Shown: in pieces, positions 51,401 to 60,626 of the stretch | Layout of the letters: each line of letters begins with the position of its first letter | How positions within the stretch are numbered: position 1 is the first letter of the stretch | Origin: Pristiophorus japonicus | Taxonomy: Eukaryota | NCBI RefSeq assembly: GCF_044704955.1 | Contig: NW_027251257.1 | Coordinates: 1,054,001 to 1,118,000 of the forward strand | DNA length: 64,000 nucleotides | Reading direction: 5' to 3' | The notes under the pieces: model-generated | Told to the model about the DNA's origin: nothing | Database searches by the model: none | What the model saw: only the letters and a program-made list of their open reading frames with translations | Position numbers and translations under genes: made by a program

Positions 51401-51942
51401 AGTATTAGAGTCAAATTTAGCTTTTAAGTTTTGTATAACTTCATGTATCAAGGGGGAATAGAAGTTGCCAATCAATTGCCAACAATAGAGGGCAGCCTTT
51501 TCTTTGTTATCCTCCCTTTTGTCTTTTTAATCTCATTAAAGAACTGATGAATATTATTTGGAGGGAGCTCCATGTACATTCCTTCCTTTGTGCTATAAAT
51601 TGTGGCTCCTAGTTTGCACAAAGTCTGTCTTCCCAATAAAGGGAGCGGTGTTGTTTTAGAGACTTTCAAAGTCTCATCATTAACTGATTGTCCTTCAATT
51701 ATCAATTTGGTAGGTTCAGATAAAAATTCTTTCATGGGGATACCGGCCACACCCATACTTAAGACGGTGGTGTTGCTTACAGGTAATCCCACAGAGGATG
51801 GTACAGAAGACATAGTAGCACCGGTATCCACCAGGAATTTCACATAAGTGTCTCCTACTTTTACTACTGCCAGAGGGTTTTCTTGTATGTCTGCCGATAA
51901 GCGGAGGGCTGCCGCCTGTACCACTAAGCCTCCGGGGCATCC
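48440..51942 (-). pseudogene. pol: ERV pol, unit 1: protease - 2H phosphoesterase - partial RT - tether - RNase H - partial integrase
   Basis: FLVDTGA; LHCTA...PHLTLA; WRFVQDLRAIN, YTWTRLPQGYTESP; YTDGSS...SAQAAEL...YTDSRY...NRRAD; SDRGTHF...SSGMVER; GPY. Confidence 0.93.
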
Positions 51943-53053
51943 CTATGCTGATTATTCTGTGCCTGTCCTCGTCCCTTTTGATGATTTACTGACCTGCTGT
52001 TTTAGCCATATTTTCCTTATAGGTAAATAGTCCCTCTCTATCCATGTTAGCCAGTACTGTAACTGTCTCTTTCCAACTTTTTCCTTGCCAGTCCAAAACC
52101 CTTATTTTGTATGTTCTTGCTTGTTGTGGCAACATACAATTTAACAAGGTTTGCACTGCCAAAGGTTCATTTTGATCCATTAGTATTCCTGCATGCTCGT
52201 CCCAACTATTTTTCCATCTGCCTGCAAAATCTATTCTTCTGCTTTCTGCAAGCAGCGGGTGACTTCCCCTATATCTCCATGCTTTTTAGCTCCCTTTAAT
52301 AAATGGTACAGGTTTGCTCAAGCCAGTTGTGAAAGGCTACTGGCTTCTTAACAGGATTAGGGGCAGCTGATATCATATCCCGAGCTTCTCCCGGTGTCCA
52401 GGGCTTTAGGACAGCCGTTGTTCTGATCATTACACGGGGGCTTGTGTCGTGGGGGTAGTGGAGGAATCGGCCTGTCTTATCCAGCTGAGCGGCCACTATT
52501 TCTATAATCTCCTGCCAATCATCCGGCTTGGTGGTTGGAAGACGGGGGTATAAGCCGACAGGGGAAGCGGTCATAACCGGGGCACTCGGGGGGGCTGTAA
52601 GAGGGAGGGGGCTTCTCCTTACCCTCCTCCTCTTTCTTTTTATTTTTAGGGGCTGGTGCCTCTTTGCCACCTCTGTCCATTTTTTAAAACAATTCTCCAT
52701 ATAATCTTTATCCCAACTGGGGTCCCCTGTCCCATTTTTGGTGGTCTGTCTCCATTCCTCAATTAAGGACAATTTAAAACTTCCTCCATATGGCCAATCC
52801 CCATCAGACCAACCGTACAAATCGCTGCTAAACGTTACCGCGTATCTGTCGTCTCCTGTGTCTTTAATTACAGTGTCCGCCGGCGAGCCGGGCGGCACAA
52901 TGGGATCTCCTACCTTCTCTCGCTGCTTTACTACCTTACGATTCTTTTCTCAGTCTTAGGATGTACTTTCATTCTTTCAGTTGAGAGGTCGTCCTTCTTT
53001 CCTTTTCTAGGAGCTGGGCGCGAGCGCCCTGCTCGACTAGAGCCGTTTCCCAT
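51943..53053 (-). pseudogene. gag: ERV gag, unit 1 (unit 2 ~58710-59818), frameshifted, nucleocapsid knuckle absent
   Basis: MGNGSS myristoylation start, WPYGGSF matrix motif, PPSY and LYPRL late domains, KPWTPGE capsid start. Confidence 0.88.
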
Positions 53054-53374
53054 TCTTCCGGGTGCAACGTCTCGCGATCTTTTCTGAAATGAGAGTTTAG
53101 TGCAATACTACAAAATATACAATAATTTACAAAGCGCTCACCGGTGTTCTCTTTTCTGCTCAGCTCGGGGTCTCCTTTTGCCTTTTTGTTATTTTAGCTT
53201 CTTAGCGGTAGCTACCTTATGCCTCACCCCCTCCAGGGGATCTCGGCGGCCCGTCCCCCTTTCAGCTAGGACGGCCTAGGCACCTTCCTCCTTTCAGCTA
53301 GGAAGGTCCTTAAAATTCCTCTTTTCTCTGTAAAAGTTAAATGTAGTTCTTTTGGATCTCGTTTTTTTTTAGAG

Positions 53375-53393
53375 ATCCTGCCGGACTACGCCA
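53375..53393 (-). promoter_or_regulatory. Primer binding site, tRNA-Ser (second copy at 60140-60158)
   Basis: TGGCGTAGTCCGGCAGGAT; complementary to the vertebrate tRNA-Ser 3' end ATCCTGCCGACTACGCCA with a 1-nt insertion. Confidence 0.85.
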
Positions 53394-53398
53394 GAATC

Positions 53399-53861
53399 TG
53401 TCGAGGAAATATTTAGCTTAAATTAACTCAGGCGGAGACTTTCAGAAGTGCACTTCGAGAGAATTTATTTTAAAAAGCAAGATATATCTCGGAGAGCCTG
53501 CTTGGACCGTACCAAGGCAAAACTCTGTCGTACAAGCAAATTGCACTTATCTTTATACAGAAATTGAATACAGAAAAAGAAAAAGAATCTTATTCATTAG
53601 TCCCGCGAGTACAAAGGTCGTCTCGGGAGGTACACACTCGATCTGTCCTTGCATAGTTTCTCTCTGTTCACAGTCTGATAAGCAAAGGCAAAAGGAGACT
53701 CCCTTTTAATACCAGATGGTCACCTAATTGCATCTCTAAATTTCAAGGCTAAAAAGCGTGGCTATTTTTCTTGTCTTATTATTTCTTTAAGCATAGCAAA
53801 AAACAGAATTTAACCCTTCCCTCTAAATTAAGCCAGGTGTTCATAGATTCTTTCTTCCACA
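53399..53861 (-). repeat. Shared central LTR
   Basis: PPT on one side and PBS on the other. Confidence 0.95.
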
Positions 53862-54990
53862 ATTCCCTCCTTGTTGATCTTTTTATTTTTTAGATCAACA
53901 CAATTTCCTGTATTCTCTGCTTGAGCAAAAGGGGGTGTATACCGTTCAGGATAGGGTCGCATTTGGAGATATTCGTCTTCATCAACCTTTTCCTCTAAGC
54001 GACTTAACCTTCCTTTCATGTATATAACTTTTCTTTCTATTTCAGAGAGCAGGCATATTACTTGACTAATTACATTTTTTAATTTTATCCACATTCCGCA
54101 AAGGATTATTAATAATACAAGCATAACCACACCTACGATTACTATGGGGTGTATAGCAAGCTTCAGTACTGCTGTAATCCTTCATCCCAGGCATTTCTGA
54201 TCTTTATATCTTCCCCTACCAGTCCCCCGACGGCCTGGATTTTATTTTGTAGGGTCTCGATATCCATGGAGTTCAATGCTCCTATTCCTGCTCCCACTCC
54301 ACCTAACACAGTCTCTAATACATCCCGTTTCTTTCTTTGGGGTCTTTCTTTTTCAAAAGATACCTTAACACTGGTTGTGTGGCAACCATCTTCTTTCTTT
54401 GGGATATATTTAATTCGTATTGTTAGATTTAATACACCTGGGGATCTTACCACTGGGATGCAAGTGGTCAGTATCCTTTTTAGATGTCCCGGGTCCCGGT
54501 CTTCTGGGTGGTCGGATTCTTTTACTGACCATTTTACCACAAATGGGTCTCCTCCATTCACCAGGGTGTTATTCATGCACAACATCCGCTGCCCTTCTAC
54601 CATACTTGTAAAAGAATAACTACCTTTTCTCCTGTCCGGCCTTCCTATGTACCCCATCTCTTGTTTTTCCCTGTGCTCAGGGTACACTTCATCCACACAT
54701 CGGCCTTTTATTCTATGAACAATCGATACCCTTTCCCCAATATAAACTGGAATTCCCCTCTTTCTTCCTTCATTCCACATGCCTCACATCGTGCCGTAAA
54801 ATTCCCTACTTTACAACTTTGGCCTACTGGGCATATAAAATTGCCTTGCTGCCTTATACTATTACTTCTTTCCCATACCATATTTTTCCTTCTTTTAGGA
54901 CTTCTTCCTCCTGCCGGGAGTTCCCTGTCGCTAAAATGATCAGTATACCTAACGTCCATTTATAATTTTTCCAAGAGTCCCTTCCCATCT
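53828..54990 (-). pseudogene. env: ERV env, unit 2; tail runs into the LTR
   Basis: As unit 1; stop codon at 53830-53828 lies inside the central LTR. Confidence 0.9.
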
Positions 54991-55203
54991 TCCCTTTCTT
55001 GTTTGTTTCTATACTAATCTTGAAATAAGTTGTTGCAATAACAACACGTCCACATGATAGTAACAGTGACCCAAATAATAAAGGCCCAAACTGGCACACA
55101 AATGAGCTCTGACATCCGTCCGTGAATTTTGGGCAATATTTTCAAGTCCAAATATTTAATACAAGAGCAGGTACAGTTCTTCAGCGAGAAGATGGCTGTT
55201 TTC

Positions 55204-58200
55204 TTAGTCGGGCGACCGTAGTACGTCCTGGTTCAATGCGTTTTCCTTCGGCTGTAATTCGTCGGGGAAATAATATTTACAGCGGGTTGCATGCACCCAG
55301 TTCGGGTGCTTTTCCAACTTCAAAGTGGTTCGTGTTGTGAGAATTATCTGATACGGTCCTTTCCACCAAGGAGAAAAGGATTCTTTATTTAATGTTTTTA
55401 CTAACACTTGATCTCCAGGTCTGAAAGGGTGCATATTTCCTTCCGACGGGGGCACCTGTGTCTGCTTTATTTGTTCATGCAGACTTCTTGCTATTTCACA
55501 CATGGCCTGAGCATACTTTAGTGATTTTTCATCATTCCAAATTAATGCTATTTTTTCATCTGACAGTGGTGGTTTTACGCCAGTAGGCATTGGTCTTCCC
55601 AATAAGGCTTCATGTGGTGTCAAATCAGTGTTTCGGTTTTTCTGGTTTCTCATTGTATACAATACTAATGGTAAGGCTTCTGGCCACTTCAGTCCAGTCT
55701 CCTGACATAACTTGGTAAGGGTAGATTTTATTATCCCATTTACTCTTTCTACCATTCCCGAGGACTGTGGCTGATATGGTATATGTAACTTCCACAGGAA
55801 CCCTAACGCTTCTGCAAGGTTTTGCACTATTTTTCCGGTGAAGTGGGTTCCCCTGTCACTGTTGATTCCCATAGGTATCCCATATCTTGGTACTATTTCT
55901 TTAAATAGAATTTTTACTACTGTCCGGCCATTTTCAAAGGGCATACTTGGTTGGGGTAGATGATCATATCCAGCAGGTGTTTTACCTCTGTTATTTTGTT
56001 GACAAATTTGGCATGTTCTAGCAACTTTCTCAATTACTACTGTTATTCCTGGTGCATACCACTGTGCATTAACAGCATGTATCATCCCTCCTTTGCCCAT
56101 GTGAGCCTGACCGTGTACTAGGCGTGACAGGGGCAAAAATAGAGATCTAGGGCAAACAGTTCGCCCATCAGGGTGATACCAAATGTCGTTTTTTATAAAA
56201 CAACCCTGGTTTTCCCAAGTTCTTCCTTCCTGCATGGTAACTTGTTGTTGGGCTGTTTTAAGTTGTTGGATGTCAAGTACCTGTGGAGGGGAGACTGAGA
56301 CTGCTTGAAGGCAGCCTGCCTGTGCCGAAGCGGCCTGTTTGGCTGCTTCGTCAGCCATCCTATTTCCTACTGATACTTCATCCTCACCAGTTGTGTGAGC
56401 TGCATATTTGATAATGGCTACCTTACTTGGCAACTGAATGGCGACTAATAGATTAAGCACCAGTTGAGAGTGCTTAATATGCTTTCCACCTGAGGTGATA
56501 AAGCCTCTGTTTTTCCACAGTTGTCCAAAATCATGGACCACACCGAATGCATATCTAGAATCAGTATAGATATTAGCAGTATGATCTTTAGCTATGATAC
56601 AAGCTCTAGTGAGGGCAAACAATTCAGCAGCCTGAGCCGAGGTTCCAGGAGGCAGGGCGAATGCTTCAACAGTTTCGTAGGGATTTACAATAGCATAGCC
56701 TGCCAAAAACAAATCATCCGACGGCCTGTATGATGATCCATTCGTATAGAGAATAAGATCAGAATTGTCCATGGGTTCTGTGAGCAAATCTGGTCTTGGT
56801 AAGGTGGCTACTTCCACCGTTAACAGATAATCATGCTGGTCTGGATCCTCTACTTCTTTAGTAGGAAGAAAGGTGGCTGGGTTCACTACCGGTGCACGTC
56901 GAAAGGTATAGTTAGGGTGTGACAGCAGTAATACTTCATAACCTGTTCTTCGAGACGCTGTAAAGTGTTGTGTGGCAGCTGAATTAAAAAATAATAACAC
57001 AGCATGGGCTATAATGACAGTACGTGGATGATCCAAAACAATAGGTACCGACTTCTCCACCATGACCGCAGTAGCAGCTACAGCACGTAGACATGCTGAC
57101 ATTCCCCTTACTACTGGAGGCAGCAAAACTGAATAATAAGCAACTGGTCTATTTCCCCCACCATGTTCTTGGGTTAGTACTGCTGTTGCAAATACTGCGG
57201 GGCTTTCGGTGTATCTTTGGGGCAACCGGGTCCATGTGTACTGCTGCTTCTTGTGGGTGAAAGCAACAGATACTGACTTTCTTGATTTAACGGGATAGAG
57301 TAAAAAGCTGAACACATGTCTATTACAGTAAAGACAGTTGCTGTTGGTGGTATAGCAGATAGTATAATGTTGGTGTCCGGTACCACAGGGGTGATAGGAC
57401 TACTATCTTATTAATAGCTCTCAGATCTTGCACAAATCTCCATTCATTCGGCCTATTAACCTTTCGTATGGGAAATATCGGAGTGTTACACGGGCTCTGT
57501 GTCTTTTCGAAAACTCCTTGTTCCAACAATGCAGAAATAACTGGCTCTATCCCATTTTCTGCCTCTGGAGGCAGTCTGTACTGCCTAATGCTTGGTAACA
57601 CGGCGTTCTTTATCAATTGTACCCGATGGGGTACTGCAGAATGTACTTGCCCAACATGATTCTTATGCTTTGCCCAAAGTTCAGAAGATACTTGATTCAA
57701 TGCCATTGGCAGCTTAGGGCTTGGTTGTTCCGGGGGTTGCTGTTTTTCAAAAGTGGAGGCATGATTTTTACATTTCCACTGGAGAATCCCCCTGTTGTGG
57801 GTGATAAAGTCTATCTGAACATTTTGCAATTTTATTACTGCCCAAGGTTGATAGCCGTGTTGCTGTTTTTCTCTTTCTATTCCTACAATCATCGGACCCA
57901 TATCTTTAGGTTTCGCTGGCGGTTTTACAGCCAATGTCAGATGGGGTGTCGAGTTCGCTTCTCTAAACCGCTATTGCTGTAAGGGTGTCAAATCGATGGC
58001 TACCCCCAATCCTTCTGGTCCAAAATAAATGCTTCGACTATTTCTTCTGTATTTAAAAAGGATTGTACCAAACACTGGTAAGTTTCAGCTTTTTGTCGAG
58101 TGTACCAGGCTGTACAGTGAAGCTGAACTGCCTCAAAGCTTGTCAAAATTATATACATCAATTCTTCAGTATTAGAGTCAAATTTAGCTTTTAAGTTTTG

Positions 58201-58709
58201 TATAACTTCATGTATCAAGGGGGAATATAAGTTGCCAATCAATTGCCAACAATAGAGGGCAGCCTTTTCTTTGTTATCCTCCCTTTTGTCTTTTTAATCT
58301 CATTAAAGAACTGATGAATATTATTTGGAGGGAGCTCCATGTACATTCCTTCCTTTGTGCAATAAATTGTGCCTCGTAGTTTGCACAAAGTCTGTCTTCC
58401 CAATAAAGGGAGCGGTGTTGTTTTAGAGACTTTCAAAGTCTCATCATTAACTGATTGTCCTTCAATTATCAATTTGGTAGGTTCAGATAAAAATTCTTTC
58501 ATGGGGATATCGGCCACACCCAAACTTAAGACGGTGGTGTTGCTTACAGGTAATCCCACAGAGGATGGTACAGAAGACATAGTAGCACCGGTATCCACCA
58601 GGAACTTCACATAAGTGTCTCCTACTTTTACTACTGCCAGAGGGTTTTCTTCTATGTCTGCCGATAAGCGGAGGGCTGCCGCCTGTACCACTAAGCCTCC
58701 GGGGCATCC
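55204..58709 (-). pseudogene. pol: ERV pol, unit 2 (includes 703-aa open tether-RH-IN ORF 57315-55204)
   Basis: Same motifs and same deletions as unit 1; RNase H first Asp changed to Asn (YTNGSS). Confidence 0.93.
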
Positions 58710-60163
58710 CTATGCTGATTATTCTGTGCCTGTCCTCGTCCCTTTTGATGATTTACTGACCTGCTGTTTTAGCCATATTTTCCTTATAGGTAAATAGTCC
58801 CTCTCTATCCATGTTAGCCAGTACTGTAACTGTCTCTTTCCAACTTTTTCCTTGCCAGTCCAAAACCCTTATTTTGTATGTTCTTGCTTGTTGTGGCAAC
58901 ATACAATTTAACAAGGTTTGCACTGCCAAAGGTTCATTTTGATCCATTGGTATTCCTGCATGCTCGTCCCAACTATTTTTCCATCTGCCTGCAAAATCTA
59001 TTCTTCTGCTTTCTGCAAGCAGCGGGTGACTTCCCCTATATCTCCATGCTTTTTAGCTCCCTTTAATAAATGGTACAGGTTTGCTCAAGCCAGTTGTGAA
59101 AGGCTACTGGCTTCTTAACAGGATTAGGGGCAGCTGATATCATATCCCGAGCTTCCCCCGGTGTCCAGGGCTTTAGGACAGCCGTTGTTCTGATCATTAC
59201 ACGGGGGCTTGTGTCGTGGGGGTAGTGGAGGAATCGGCCTGTCTTATCCAGCTGTGCGGCCACTATTTCTATAATCTCCTGCCAATCATCTGGCTTGGTG
59301 GTTGGAAGACGGGGGTATAAGCCGACAGGGGAAGCGATCAAAACCGGGCCACTCGGGGGGCTGTAAGAGGGAGGGGGCTTCTCCTTACCCTCCTCCTCTT
59401 TCTTTTTATTTTTAGGGGCTGGTGCCTCTTTGCCACCTCTGTCCATTTTTTAAAACAATTCTTCATATAATCTTTATCACAACTGGGGTCCCCTGTCCCA
59501 TTTTTGGTGGTCTGTCTCCATTCCTCAATTAAGGACAATTTAAAACTTCCTCCATATGGCCAATCCCCATCAGACCAACGGTACAAATCGCTGCTAAATG
59601 TTACCGCGTATCTGTTGTCTCCTGTGTCTTTAATTACAGTGTCCGCCGGCGAGCTGGGTGGCACAATGGGATCTCCTACCTTCTCTTGCTGCTTTACTAC
59701 CTTACGATTCTTTTCTCAGTCTTAGGATGTACTTTCATTCTTTCAGTTGAGAGGTCGTCCTACTTTTCTTTTCTAGGAGCTGGGCACGAGCGCCCTGCTG
59801 GACTAGAGCCGTTTCCCATTCTTCCGGGTGCAACGTCTCGTGATCTTTTCTGAAATGAGAGTTAGGACAATCCTACAAAATATACAATAATTTACAAAGT
59901 GCTCACCGGTGTTCTCTTTTCTGCTCAGCTCGGGGTCTCCTTTTGCCTTTTTGTTATTTTAGCTTCTTAGCGGTAGCTACCTTATGCCTCACCCCCTCCA
60001 GGGGATCTCGGTGGCCCGTCCCCCTTTCAGCTAGGACGGCCTAGGCACCTTCCTCCTTTCAGCTAGGAAGGTCCTTAAAATTCCTCTTTTCTCTTTAAAA
60101 GTTAAATTTAGTTCTTTTGGATCTCGTTTTTTTTTAGAGATCCTGCCGGACTATGCCAGAATC

Positions 60164-60626
60164 TGTCGAGGAAATATTTAGCTTAAATTAACTCAGGCGG
60201 AGACTTTCAGAAGTGCACTTCGAGAGAATTTATTTTAAAAAGCAAGATATATCTCGGAGAGCCTGCTTGGACCATACCAAGGCAAAACTCTGTCGTACAA
60301 GCAAATTGCACTTATCTTTATACAGAAATTGAATACAGAAAAAGAAAAATAATCTTATTCATTAGTCCCGTGAGTACAAAGGTCGTCTCGGGAGGTAGAC
60401 ACGCTATCTGTCCTTGCATAGTTTCTCCCTGTTCACAGTCTGATAAGCAAAGGCAAAAGGAGACTCCCTTTTAATACCAGATGGTCACCTAATTGCATCT
60501 CTAAGTTTCAAGGCTAAAAAGCGTGGCTATTTTTCTAGTCTTATTATTTCTTTAAGCAGAGCAAAAAACAGAATTTAACCCTTCCCTCTAAATTAAGCCA
60601 GGTGTTCATAGATTCTTTCTTCCACA
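60164..60626 (-). repeat. 5' LTR
   Basis: Followed on the minus strand by the PBS at 60158-60140. Confidence 0.95.

Larger units (their letters stand above)
46634..60626 (-). mobile_element. Tandem two-unit endogenous retrovirus (LTR-int-LTR-int-LTR), epsilon/ZFERV-like gag-pol, internally deleted
   Basis: Three TG...CA LTRs of 462-463 bp, unit length ~6765 bp, flanking TSD CTGCA (46629-46633 and 60627-60631), PBS and PPT present in both units. Confidence 0.97.

Noticed and set aside
55204-57315. 703-aa ORF as a domesticated NYNRIN-like host gene
   Set aside because: Sits inside a recent provirus, lacks a proper start, RNase H Asp is mutated, and the sister copy is frameshifted
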